IMG/VR virus record: IMGVR_UViG_3300029305_002203
Location: 31,565-95,564 of that record
Strand: one strand, 5' to 3'
From: a virus
Lineage: Duplodnaviria; Caudoviricetes
DNA: 64,000 bases
Position numbers and translations under genes: made by a program. Every line of letters begins with the position of its first letter. The stretch's first letter is position 1. The notes below the pieces were generated by a model that made no database searches, had not been told where the DNA came from, and was given only the letters and a program-made list of their open reading frames with translations. This document shows, in pieces, positions 1-9,173 of the stretch.

Positions 1-1
1 T

Positions 2-208
2 GCTATTAAAGAATTTGTGAATACCACATCAAAATTTACATCAGATATTGACATCATTAGCGGAAGATATGTTTGTGATGCAAAGAGTCTTAAGGCTTTA
101 TTTTCTTACGATTTATCTCGTCCGGTTGACATTGTTATTCATTCAGATAATGAAGAAGAGTTAATTAGATTTGCAGAAGCTATGAAGCCTTACGAGGTAA
201 AGGAGTAA
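2..208 (+). CDS. HPr-like (PTS phosphocarrier family) protein, 5'-partial
   Basis: DIDIISGRYVCDAKSLKALFS resembles the HPr 'VDAKSI' regulatory-Ser region; frame is open to the window edge. Confidence 0.7.
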   Translation, partial: AIKEFVNTTSKFTSDIDIISGRYVCDAKSLKALFSYDLSRPVDIVIHSDNEEELIRFAEAMKPYEVKE

Positions 209-210
209 GA

Positions 211-429
211 ATGAAAGTAAAAGTTGTAAAAAATATTGGATATGATAGCAAATTTGAATTTGGTGCTGAAGGAAATATCTTAGAAGTAAAAGATGGTTGT
301 ATTAATAGTCTTAGAGCTGGTTGTTTCTGGGAACAGTGGTCGCAGCATGAATGTACTATTGAAGCATTAAATAAATATTTTGGAGAAGAAGATCAATTTC
401 AGACAGTATTTGAGTTAGTGGAGGAATAA
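211..429 (+). CDS. hypothetical protein
   Basis: ORF with AAGGAG RBS, in operon. Confidence 0.7.
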   Translation: MKVKVVKNIGYDSKFEFGAEGNILEVKDGCINSLRAGCFWEQWSQHECTIEALNKYFGEEDQFQTVFELVEE

Positions 430-1107
430 ATGGGAAAAGTTATTATTCAGGATTTTACATATAAATATCCGATTCAGATGATTGGTACAGAAGCAGGTGT
501 TTGTTATGGGTCTGATACAACAAATGCAGAGAAGAATTATAAGAGAGGAATTGATTGTTTAGAAAATAATCATGGACGTACATGGGAATTCCCTGATGTG
601 TATATGGTTTTAGATGAATACTCGGCAAGAGTTTTCCGTGAATGGTATACCCACATTGGCGGCTCCCCTACAAGACTTCAAGCATCAACTAGATATATTA
701 ATTACCAAAAAGGATTTGATTATTTTACACCACCTTCTATTCAAAACAATAGTACAGCATTAAAAATTTATGATGAGTTGATGGAACATATTTCTTGTAG
801 TTTAGCAACATTAGAAACACTAGGTATTCCAAGAGAAGATTCAGCAAACGGACTTCCTTTGGGAATGATGTCAAAGATTGTGTGCAAGCATAATTTTAGA
901 AATTTAGTAGATATGTCTCATCAGAGAGAATGTACTAGAGCCTATCACGAATATCGAAAATTATTTAAGGATATTTGCAATGCCCTTTCAGAATATTCAG
1001 AGGAATGGAAGTATTTAGTTGAAACATATTTTATGCCTAAATGCGACCAGTATGGATATTGTACAGAGAAAAATTCGTGTGGAAGAAAACCTAAGAAGGG
1101 AGAATAA
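430..1107 (+). CDS. thyX: flavin-dependent thymidylate synthase ThyX (variant motif)
   Basis: H-x-x-x-x-EF, SARVFRE, QASTRY, GIPREDSANGLP, NFRNL..R.C.RA..E motifs. Confidence 0.85.
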   Translation: MGKVIIQDFTYKYPIQMIGTEAGVCYGSDTTNAEKNYKRGIDCLENNHGRTWEFPDVYMVLDEYSARVFREWYTHIGGSPTRLQASTRYINYQKGFDYFTPPSIQNNSTALKIYDELMEHISCSLATLETLGIPREDSANGLPLGMMSKIVCKHNFRNLVDMSHQRECTRAYHEYRKLFKDICNALSEYSEEWKYLVETYFMPKCDQYGYCTEKNSCGRKPKKGE

Positions 1108-1110
1108 AAA

Positions 1111-1668
1111 ATGATTCTATTAGTAGGCAAGTCGGCTGCTGGCAAGGATACAATTCGTAACGAGCTTATTAAATTAAATTATAGACCTGTTGTAAATTAT
1201 ACAACTAGGCCACCAAGAGAAGGCGAGGTTAATGGAGTTACATATAACTTTATCTCAAAAGAATATTTTATGACAAAAGAATCTGCCGGGGCTTTTGCAG
1301 AAACAACTTCTTACAATGTTGCATCTGGAGAGACATGGTATTATGGGTCAGCAATTGATGATTTAGCACCTGATAAAGTTATGATTGTTAATCCTGACGG
1401 TGTAAAAAAATTAAAGAAGCTTACAAATATTAAGCCGGTTGTTTTTTACATCTTAGCAAATGAAGAAACTCTTTGGAACAGATTGAGACAACGTGGTGGA
1501 GACAATGTGGAAGCACGTAGAAGAATGAATGCAGATGATATTGACTTCGCAGATATTAATGATTATGTTGATTTCTCCATAAGAAGTGACATTGGTTTAT
1601 CAGCAAAAGAAATTGCATTGCTCATTGATGATATTTATAGAAAGGTGGATCTATTAGATGAAGAATAA
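1111..1668 (+). CDS. gmk: guanylate kinase-like
   Basis: P-loop GKSAAGKDT, YTTRPPREGEVNGVTYNF, WYYG. Confidence 0.9.
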   Translation: MILLVGKSAAGKDTIRNELIKLNYRPVVNYTTRPPREGEVNGVTYNFISKEYFMTKESAGAFAETTSYNVASGETWYYGSAIDDLAPDKVMIVNPDGVKKLKKLTNIKPVVFYILANEETLWNRLRQRGGDNVEARRRMNADDIDFADINDYVDFSIRSDIGLSAKEIALLIDDIYRKVDLLDEE

Positions 1669-2086
1669 GTTTTTGATTTATCTATGTGGTGGAATGACCG
1701 GTCTATCTCATGAAGAACAAAACAATTGGCGTTCATATTTAAAAACTGCATTAGAAGAGATTCAGTCTTCTGTATATTGTTATAATCCAGTAGATTACTT
1801 CACTGTAGAAGAAGTTAATGATGGTGGAATAGATGTTCAAAGAAGAGCAATGAATCTGGATTTATATAAATTAAGAACTTCATCGTTAGTGATTTGTAAT
1901 TTTAACAATCCAAATTCATTAGGAACAATGACAGAATTAGCAATTGCACATGATAGAGGTATTCCTATTGTGGGCTTAAATATAAATCACAAACAATTAC
2001 ATCCTTGGTGTGAATTAATGTGTGAGATTATCTTTGATTCAATTGAGGATTTAATTTTATATATTTCAAAAATGTATTTTAAATAA
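1658..2086 (+). CDS. nucleoside 2-deoxyribosyltransferase-like
   Basis: IYLCGGM, YNP, D..., SLGTMTELAIA motifs. Confidence 0.8.
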   Translation: MKNKFLIYLCGGMTGLSHEEQNNWRSYLKTALEEIQSSVYCYNPVDYFTVEEVNDGGIDVQRRAMNLDLYKLRTSSLVICNFNNPNSLGTMTELAIAHDRGIPIVGLNINHKQLHPWCELMCEIIFDSIEDLILYISKMYFK

Positions 2087-2104
2087 CAATAAAGGAGGAA
2101 AGAT

Positions 2105-2305
2105 ATGGTTACATTTTATAGTACACATTGCCCCAAATGTGCAGTATTAGAAAAGAAATTACAGCAGAATAATATTTCTTATGAAGAAATTAATGATGTT
2201 AATGTTATGACACAAAAGGGATATAAATCCGTACCTATGCTTGAGGTTGACGGTGTAAGTATGGATTTTAATGAAGCAGTTAAATGGATTAATAATAACA
2301 ACTAA
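2105..2305 (+). CDS. nrdH: NrdH/glutaredoxin-like redoxin
   Basis: CPKC and SVPML motifs, adjacent to nrdD. Confidence 0.85.
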   Translation: MVTFYSTHCPKCAVLEKKLQQNNISYEEINDVNVMTQKGYKSVPMLEVDGVSMDFNEAVKWINNNN

Positions 2306-2316
2306 AGGAGAAAACA

Positions 2317-4236
2317 ATGAATATTCCAATTAAAATGAATAAAGATTTTGAAAGAGCGTTATCTACTATTGATGCAAAATACGGAGAAGATTTTGAGATT
2401 TTAAATGGGTTTCATGAATCTCAGCTCAATTTCTCAGATTTCATTGATGGTTTTGTTGATAAGAATGTTGCAGATGTAACCATTGATGCAAATGCTAATG
2501 CTCATCATAAAGATATCTGTAGTATGTTAGGAGAAAAAGGTAAGTCTGAAGATAAGCTCTTTGCATTTAATAAGATTTTTTATGAAATGAAAAAGAAATA
2601 TGGGTTAAGAACAGCAAAAGAATGGTTAGAGACTGAGTACAATGGTGGCTTCTATCTTCATGATGCTCCAAGCGCAACATATAAGCCATATTGCTATGCT
2701 TACGATTTAACAAGATTAGCAACAGAAGGATTGTTCTTCTTGGAGAATTATAACAATCAAGCACCTGGTCATTTAACTACATTCTTAGATGATGTAATTG
2801 AGTTCGTCTCATTCTTTAGTAATAGAAGTTCCGGAGCTTGTGGTTTACCGAATGTATTATTATGGACATTCTATTTCTGGAAAAAGGATTGTGCAGAAAG
2901 CTATTATTTGAAGAATCCAGACTATTATATTAGACAGTCTTTCCAGAAGTTTATTTATAGATTGAATCAGCCTTTCTTAAGAGTTGATCAATCAGCCTTT
3001 GTAAATATTTCGATTTTCGATAGACATTATCTCGAAGCATTATTTGGTGGGGTGGAATTCCCTGATGGTACATTTGCAATTGATTATATTGATGAATTGT
3101 TAGAGCATCAGAAGATTTTCATGGAAGTTGTTTCTGAGATTAGAAGTTCTAATATGTTTACGTTCCCGGTATTAACTTATAGCCTTCTTTATAAAGATGG
3201 TAAGTTCCAGGATGAAGAATTTGCAAGATGGTGTTCAGACCATAACACTACATGGAATGATAGCAACTTCTTTATGAGTGACAATGTTGGTGTTCTTAGC
3301 AACTGCTGTAGACTTCTCTCAGACACCTCTAAACTTGATGGTTTTATTAATTCTATTGGTGGAACCGCACTGTCAATTGGTTCTGTAAAAGTTAATACTA
3401 TTAACTTAATGCGTATTGCATATGAAAGTGATTTTGATGAAAAGAAATATCTTAACTTATTAAAGAAGAGAACTACATTATGTTGTAAATCACTCGATGT
3501 TATCCGTCATATCATTGCTAGGAATGTAGTAAAGGGATTACTGCCTAACTATTGTGATGGTGGCATCGAAATGAGTAAGCAATATTGTACATGCGGTATT
3601 TTAGGTTTATATGAGGTAATTGAAGCATTTGGATATACAGAGAAAGATGAATTTGGAAATGTATCTTATACAGATAAAGGTATTGAATTTGCTTCAAAGA
3701 TTTTTGAAGTATTAAATGATGTAAAAGATAATTTTACTGATGAGTTCAGCTACAATGTTGAATCTGTTCCTGCGGAACGTGCAGCAGTAATCCTTTGTCA
3801 GAAAGACAATCTGCTTTATGAGAAAGATGATAAGTTTATCTATTCTAATCAGTGGATTCCTCTTTCGGAGAAATGTACAATTCAGGAAAAATTGAGACTT
3901 AGTTCTATCCTAGATACTAAATGTTCAGGAGGAGCTATCGCACATATTAATCTTGAACAGAACTTCCCTAACAAAGATATGGCATGGGATATGCTCAATA
4001 TGATTGCCGCATCTGGTGTTATCTATTTTGCATTCAACACAAGAATTAATGAATGTGATAATCATCATGGATTTGTTGGAACAGATATTTGTCCGGAATG
4101 CGGTCACGGTATTATGGATACTTATCAGAGAATTGTAGGTTTTCTTGAGCCTGTTCGTGCATACTCTAAGGATAGAAAGAAAGAGTTTGACACAAGACAA
4201 TGGTATTCATATGCAGATATGAAAGGTGAAATTTAA
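2317..4236 (+). CDS. nrdD: class III (anaerobic) ribonucleotide reductase, no ATP cone
   Basis: YLHD, PYC, SNCCRL finger loop, ESVPAE, C-terminal CxxH/CxxC and RIVGF glycyl-radical motif. Confidence 0.93.
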   Translation: MNIPIKMNKDFERALSTIDAKYGEDFEILNGFHESQLNFSDFIDGFVDKNVADVTIDANANAHHKDICSMLGEKGKSEDKLFAFNKIFYEMKKKYGLRTAKEWLETEYNGGFYLHDAPSATYKPYCYAYDLTRLATEGLFFLENYNNQAPGHLTTFLDDVIEFVSFFSNRSSGACGLPNVLLWTFYFWKKDCAESYYLKNPDYYIRQSFQKFIYRLNQPFLRVDQSAFVNISIFDRHYLEALFGGVEFPDGTFAIDYIDELLEHQKIFMEVVSEIRSSNMFTFPVLTYSLLYKDGKFQDEEFARWCSDHNTTWNDSNFFMSDNVGVLSNCCRLLSDTSKLDGFINSIGGTALSIGSVKVNTINLMRIAYESDFDEKKYLNLLKKRTTLCCKSLDVIRHIIARNVVKGLLPNYCDGGIEMSKQYCTCGILGLYEVIEAFGYTEKDEFGNVSYTDKGIEFASKIFEVLNDVKDNFTDEFSYNVESVPAERAAVILCQKDNLLYEKDDKFIYSNQWIPLSEKCTIQEKLRLSSILDTKCSGGAIAHINLEQNFPNKDMAWDMLNMIAASGVIYFAFNTRINECDNHHGFVGTDICPECGHGIMDTYQRIVGFLEPVRAYSKDRKKEFDTRQWYSYADMKGEI

Positions 4237-4709
4237 TGATTATCAAACAATTACTAGATGAAGATTTTGTAAATTATAAAAAGCCATCTATGTTTATTGG
4301 TTCATCAATATGCACTTGGAAATGTGAAAAAGAATGTGGTGAGCAAGTATGCCAAAATAGCATACTTGCTTCCGCAAATAACATTTATATCAATGATGAA
4401 TCTTTAGTAAATAGATATATTAATAATTCTATCACATCAGCTATTGTTGTAGGTGGCTTAGAACCTCTTGATACATGGGAAGAACTGTATAAACTGATAA
4501 CTTGTGTAAGGACAAAAACAGATGATGACATTGTTATTTATACAGGTTATTACAAAGAAGAGATTCAATCATATATTAATAAATTAAAACAATTCTCAAA
4601 TATTATTGTTAAATTTGGAAGATATATACCAAATAGAGAGAAACGCTATGATGAAGTATTAGGTGTATATCTAGCATCAGACAATCAGTATGCAGAAAAA
4701 ATAAGTTAG
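4236..4709 (+). CDS. nrdG: RNR activating radical SAM enzyme
   Basis: CTWKCEKEC cluster motif, GGLEP, YTGY, KFGRY, SDNQ; overlaps nrdD stop. Confidence 0.85.
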   Translation: MIIKQLLDEDFVNYKKPSMFIGSSICTWKCEKECGEQVCQNSILASANNIYINDESLVNRYINNSITSAIVVGGLEPLDTWEELYKLITCVRTKTDDDIVIYTGYYKEEIQSYINKLKQFSNIIVKFGRYIPNREKRYDEVLGVYLASDNQYAEKIS

Positions 4710-4719
4710 GAGTAACATT

Positions 4720-4908
4720 TTGAAAGTTGTAGTATCTGAAAATAAAGAATTGGTAAAAGAGATTAGAGAAAAATTAAAAGACAATGATGGTTATTGCCCA
4801 TGTTCTTTGGTAAAAAATATCAATACAAGATGTCCTTGTAAAGAGTTTAGAGAGCAAGAAGATCCAGGAGATTGTCATTGTGGGTTATACATTAAAATCA
4901 ATGAATAG
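4720..4908 (+). CDS. ferredoxin-thioredoxin reductase catalytic-subunit-like protein
   Basis: GYCPC...CPC...CHCGLY is the FTR catalytic signature. Confidence 0.85.
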   Translation: MKVVVSENKELVKEIREKLKDNDGYCPCSLVKNINTRCPCKEFREQEDPGDCHCGLYIKINE

Positions 4909-4918
4909 GGGTGATTGT

Positions 4919-5251
4919 ATGGTTAAAAGATTACCATCTAATAGATATAAAATGACGAACCATTCTAAAGATAATTTAAAAAAAATAGGATTTAAAAAAG
5001 TGATAAATGAACCGGATTTATATACTTATAGATTCCCTGTATATAAATATAACAATATCCCTACAGAATGGTGTGTATTAAATATAGACAGTTCAACTGG
5101 CGAAGTTAATATTGATGTAGTTAATAATAGTGGTAATTTTTTGTCTGCCTTCTATCAACATATGAGTGGCTTTGATGAATTTATTGAAAAGATTAATTCG
5201 AGAATTAAAAATAAGTTATCTAAATTAGGAATAAAGAAAGTGAAAAAGTAA
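4919..5251 (+). CDS. hypothetical protein
   Basis: ATG after GGGGTGA RBS; ORF track start 4880. Confidence 0.65.
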   Translation: MVKRLPSNRYKMTNHSKDNLKKIGFKKVINEPDLYTYRFPVYKYNNIPTEWCVLNIDSSTGEVNIDVVNNSGNFLSAFYQHMSGFDEFIEKINSRIKNKLSKLGIKKVKK

Positions 5252-5416
5252 ATGGCAGAAAATACAATTACAACAAATGAATGCGAAAAATGTAAATACG
5301 GAACGATTGATTATTCAAATAAAGCAAAATTACCTGTGTATTGCAGCTATAAAAATAAGACTTATGTATATGGTCAAAGAATACCATGTGATTATTATGA
5401 GGAGACAAAAGAATAA
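5252..5416 (+). CDS. small Cys-containing hypothetical protein (54 aa, not in ORF track)
   Basis: MAENTITTNECEKCKYG...PCDYYEETKE fills the gap; TAATG overlap with next gene. Confidence 0.7.
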   Translation: MAENTITTNECEKCKYGTIDYSNKAKLPVYCSYKNKTYVYGQRIPCDYYEETKE

Positions 5417-5904
5417 TGTATCTCGTTTTAGGTTTAATTAAGATTTTAGATAATATAATCCTTACAGCAAAATCGTTATCTCAATATAAAGGGCAAAAGT
5501 TTGTTTCTTCTATATTAGTAATTATTTCTCAGTTGTTGTTTTATTTAGTTATTAAAGAAGTTATTAATGATAATTCTTTGATGGCAATAATTATTGTTGC
5601 TGTTAGTTCCGGAATAGGGAATTATATAGCTTTTATAATAAATGATAAATTCAAGAAAGATGATGTTTGGGAGAATACGATTACATCATCAGATAAAGAT
5701 TTTCTTGTTAATCTTTGTACAATGCTTAGAGAACATAAAGTCAAATATCTTCTCTATGAAACACTTAATCGTAGGTTTGAGCAATCATATACTGTGACTG
5801 CTTTTACCAAGACAAAAGCAGAGAGTAGATTGATTGATGAGTATTTGAAGAATACAAATGTTAGGTATTTAAGAATGATTGATGGCGTAGAAGTAAAAAT
5901 GTGA
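5416..5904 (+). CDS. membrane protein (3 TM plus small soluble domain)
   Basis: hydrophobic N-terminal half. Confidence 0.65.
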   Translation: MYLVLGLIKILDNIILTAKSLSQYKGQKFVSSILVIISQLLFYLVIKEVINDNSLMAIIIVAVSSGIGNYIAFIINDKFKKDDVWENTITSSDKDFLVNLCTMLREHKVKYLLYETLNRRFEQSYTVTAFTKTKAESRLIDEYLKNTNVRYLRMIDGVEVKM

Positions 5905-5959
5905 TAAAAAAGGGTAAATAAAAGATAGATTTTATTGTCAAAAATAAAGGAGAATTATT

Positions 5960-6400
5960 ATGGAAACGATTAAGATTAAAAAAATAAATGAAAATGCAAT
6001 TATTCCAACAAGAGGAAGTGAATATGCAGCCGGTTATGATTTGTATGCCTGTGTTAATGTGCCAACCACTATTCCCGCACATTGCACTGAGAAAATCGGA
6101 ACTGGATTATCAATTGAAATCCCAAATGGATATTTTGGAGCTATTTTTGCAAGAAGTGGTTTAGCAACAAAGCAAGGATTAAGACCTGCAAATTGTGTAG
6201 GTGTTTGTGACAGCGATTATAGGGGAGAATATATAGTAGCTTTACATAATGATACAGATGAAGCTAAATTAATTATGCCTAGGGAACGTATAGCACAATT
6301 AGTTGTTATGCCATTCTTAGAAGTAGAGTTTGACGAAGTTAATGAATTAGAAAATACCAAACGTGGAGACGGAGGGTTTGGTAGCACAGGAACAAATTAA
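5960..6400 (+). CDS. dut: trimeric dUTPase
   Basis: AGYDL, RSGLA, GVCDSDYRGE, RIAQL, RGDGGFGSTG. Confidence 0.97.
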   Translation: METIKIKKINENAIIPTRGSEYAAGYDLYACVNVPTTIPAHCTEKIGTGLSIEIPNGYFGAIFARSGLATKQGLRPANCVGVCDSDYRGEYIVALHNDTDEAKLIMPRERIAQLVVMPFLEVEFDEVNELENTKRGDGGFGSTGTN

Positions 6401-6415
6401 TGGAGTAATTATATT

Positions 6416-6607
6416 ATGGAAGATAAAATGCTTTTATCCATAAAAGATATTATGGAAATGACAGGTCTTGGTGAAAAGAAAGTACGTCAAATGTTAAAAA
6501 GTCCAACAAGTACATTTACAATTCGTAATGGAAATAGATTATATGCACACAAAGAGTTGTTTAAAGATTACATAGAGAAGTGTGCAAAGTTCCATTTGAC
6601 ATTGTAA
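6416..6607 (+). CDS. excisionase-like HTH protein
   Basis: LLSIKDIMEMTGLGEKKVRQML; directly upstream of integrase. Confidence 0.75.
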   Translation: MEDKMLLSIKDIMEMTGLGEKKVRQMLKSPTSTFTIRNGNRLYAHKELFKDYIEKCAKFHLTL

Positions 6608-6624
6608 TTGCGACAATTTATAAT
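6596..6624 (+). promoter_or_regulatory. sigma-A promoter for integrase
   Basis: TTGACA-17 bp-TATAAT; spacer contains TTGCGACA, similar to att arm repeats. Confidence 0.75.
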
Positions 6625-6682
6625 TAAAGCATCAAGAAAATTACCCATAGATATTATTAATAATGAAAGGAAGATAATATAT

Positions 6683-7888
6683 ATGGGAAAAGATCTTAAA
6701 GGAAAAGAACTGGGAGTTGGATTAGGTCAAAGAAAGGACGGTAGATACGAAGCAAGAGCTGTTGTTAATGGTGTGAAAATTGCTTTATATGATTTCAATT
6801 TAAGTGAATTAAAAAGAGAGTTTGAAAGAGAAAAAGAAAAAGCAAAAAGAAGTAACGTTGTTCATTGTCCAGATATTACAGTAATGGAATGGTTTGATGC
6901 TTGGTTTGAGCAATACAAAAAGCCGACATTAAAACCAACCGGTGTAGTAACATATAAAAGAAAATTTGTTAATACATACGGTGAACAATTAGGTTTTGTT
7001 AAGGTTAAAGAATTAAATCAATTTGCAATCCAAACTGCAACATCTGAACTAGTTAATAAAGGTTATAAGTTTAAGTCAATCAGAGATGCATTATCTGTTT
7101 TAAAACTTATGTTAGACGCAGCCGTTGGTAATTGTGTAATTGATAACAACCCGGCATTAGGTATTATTGTACCAACATATGCCGAAACAAAAGAAGAAAG
7201 AAGAGTATTAACAAAAGAAGAACAAAAAATGTTTCTTAATAAAGTGGAGTCTTCTCATTATAAAGAATTATATCAATTTATGTTATCAACAGGTGTTAGA
7301 GTTGGTGAAATGGGTGCATTACAATGGTCTGATATTGACTTTGAAAATGAGTTTGTTAATATAAATCATTCATTAACTTGTCACTATGTTAAAAGTAAAA
7401 AAACTCTCATGCTTACAACACCAAAAACAAAAAACTCTTTTAGAAAAATACCGTTCTTCGGAGAAACAAAACAAATTCTTTTAGCACAAAAAGAAAAACA
7501 ACAAAATCTTAAAAAGCAGCTTGGTGACAGATGGAGAGGTTCAGAAGAACTTGGGAATGCAGATTTAGTATTTACATCTTCGATGGGTTCTCCAGTTACT
7601 CGTTATGTTTTAGAGCATGATATGAGACAGATATCAAAAGAAATCAATGCGATAGAATTATATAACGCTTCCAGAGAAGGAAGAAATGCAGTTGCTTTTG
7701 ACTATATTCACCCTCATGCATTAAGGCACACTTTCGCTACAAGATGCTTTGAAAAAGGTATGAGTGTGGAGACAGTTCAGAAAATAATGGGACACGCAAA
7801 TATTAATATGACTATGAGTTACACGCATGTTTTAGACGATGTATTGAAACAGGCAGCATCAAATGTGGGTAATTTCTTAGATGCGTAA
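6683..7888 (+). CDS. int: tyrosine integrase (Tn916-like N-terminal arm-binding domain)
   Basis: MGKDLKGKELG..QRKDGRY; TGVRVGE, HALRHTF, MGHANINMTMSY. Confidence 0.93.
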   Translation: MGKDLKGKELGVGLGQRKDGRYEARAVVNGVKIALYDFNLSELKREFEREKEKAKRSNVVHCPDITVMEWFDAWFEQYKKPTLKPTGVVTYKRKFVNTYGEQLGFVKVKELNQFAIQTATSELVNKGYKFKSIRDALSVLKLMLDAAVGNCVIDNNPALGIIVPTYAETKEERRVLTKEEQKMFLNKVESSHYKELYQFMLSTGVRVGEMGALQWSDIDFENEFVNINHSLTCHYVKSKKTLMLTTPKTKNSFRKIPFFGETKQILLAQKEKQQNLKKQLGDRWRGSEELGNADLVFTSSMGSPVTRYVLEHDMRQISKEINAIELYNASREGRNAVAFDYIHPHALRHTFATRCFEKGMSVETVQKIMGHANINMTMSYTHVLDDVLKQAASNVGNFLDA

Positions 7889-8230
7889 AACTGTTGCGAC
7901 AGATTACGATTTGCGTAAAAAAAATTGAACAACCAAGATTTATCTTAACAAAAGTTGCGTAAAAGTTGCGTAAAAATCGCAAGTAGGGGTTGCGAAGCCA
8001 GTAAAATCAATGGTTTCAAAAATTCTTATCAAAGCAGATGTTAGGATAAATTATTCGGCAAAGATATATGCGAATGACGGTTCAAATCCCCTTATTTTCT
8101 AGGATTTGAGCCGTTTTTCTTTACTCAAAAACTAATTCTTGATGCGTAATTATAATGGCATAACTTGGCATAAAACGGCATATTTTTTCAGTGTTTTGCG
8201 TATGAAATTGCAACGGATTTGCGTAAATTA
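7880..8230. repeat. attP-like region with TGCGTAAAA arm-type repeats
   Basis: at least 7 copies of (T/A)TGCG(TA) in two clusters (7881-7975, 8141-8230) immediately after int. Confidence 0.6.
8077..8119 (+). terminator. intrinsic terminator
   Basis: ACGGTTCAAATCC...GGATTTGAGCCGT stem followed by T run. Confidence 0.7.
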
Positions 8231-8317
8231 TGAATGCAAGAATCTTCGGCTAAGTTTCGCAAATTAAGACCAAGTAACCGGGTAATTTTCTTGAAATAAT
8301 TATTTCAAATAAAAAGT

Positions 8318-8360
8318 AAAAAAGGGGACATTCTCATTGAGAATAATCCCCTTGATTTTT
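8318..8360. terminator. terminator after rep
   Basis: AAGGGGA...TCCCCTT stem with A/T tracts. Confidence 0.65.
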
Positions 8361-8363
8361 TAT

Positions 8364-9170
8364 TTACATGTGTACCAAATTTTGATAATGCGTATCTAAT
8401 GTTAGTACAGCATTATATAAAACTGATAGAATAAAATTTCTCATATTTGTTATCTTACTCGGATAACTATTAATCGCATCAATAGTATAAGTAATATGAT
8501 TCATATTAACTTTCAATAATATAATTTTCAAATGTTCACAATTTATTTCCCCATTATTAATTTTAATACGTTCATAGTTATTAACGAATATATCTACAAT
8601 TACATCTACAATATTATCTACCAGTTCTTTATCTGACGAACCAACAAACACAGGCTTATAATCTATATTTGTTTGTATGATGTTAGTATATAAAGTATTA
8701 TTCTTTATAGTATTATTACTTAAAGTCTTATTATACGAGTGGGTTTCCCACTGCATAGGTAAGCTACCGAGTGGGTTTGCCACAAGTGGAGAAGCCACAT
8801 GTGGGTTTTCAACATATGGCTTTATAGAAGTTTGAGCCGTAGGTGGATTTTCAACATATGGGTTATCACATACTTCATATTCATAATAAAACTGTTTTGT
8901 TTCGTCATCTTTAAGCCTATGTTGTATAAGATAACCATTGTCTTTTAATTCTTTCCACGCACCTCTAAAAGAAGTTTCACCATCCGTAGATTTATTAATT
9001 AAGAACTGCTTATAAAGAATGAAGTTCTCCAAACTAATATAAGATTCAATGAGTGATAATAATCCCTTGGCTTTCAAAGATAAATTCTCGTCTCTAAGAG
9101 CAATGTTACTTACTTGAGCAAATGATGTCTTTTTCTTTCTGAAAGCTCCTGATTGCTGCATATAAATCAC
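8364..9170 (-). CDS. replication initiator-like protein (N-terminal wHTH, helical C-terminal domain)
   Basis: FAQVSNIALRDENLSLKAKGLL typical of phage/plasmid initiators; repeat-encoded linker; KITNMRNFILSVLYNA C-terminus. Confidence 0.75.
   Translation of the reverse strand: MIYMQQSGAFRKKKTSFAQVSNIALRDENLSLKAKGLLSLIESYISLENFILYKQFLINKSTDGETSFRGAWKELKDNGYLIQHRLKDDETKQFYYEYEVCDNPYVENPPTAQTSIKPYVENPHVASPLVANPLGSLPMQWETHSYNKTLSNNTIKNNTLYTNIIQTNIDYKPVFVGSSDKELVDNIVDVIVDIFVNNYERIKINNGEINCEHLKIILLKVNMNHITYTIDAINSYPSKITNMRNFILSVLYNAVLTLDTHYQNLVHM
8739..8862. repeat. iteron-like repeats inside rep gene
   Basis: GTGGGTTT at 8739, 8771, 8801 and GTGGATTT at 8843; last two extend to 19 bp GTGG(G/A)TTTTCAACATATGG. 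Confidence 0.6.
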
Positions 9171-9173
9171 TCC

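Noticed and set aside
8077-8091. GGTTCAAATCCC resembling a tRNA T-arm (tRNA or attP in tRNA)
   Set aside because: No acceptor, D or anticodon arms; it is one arm of a terminator hairpin
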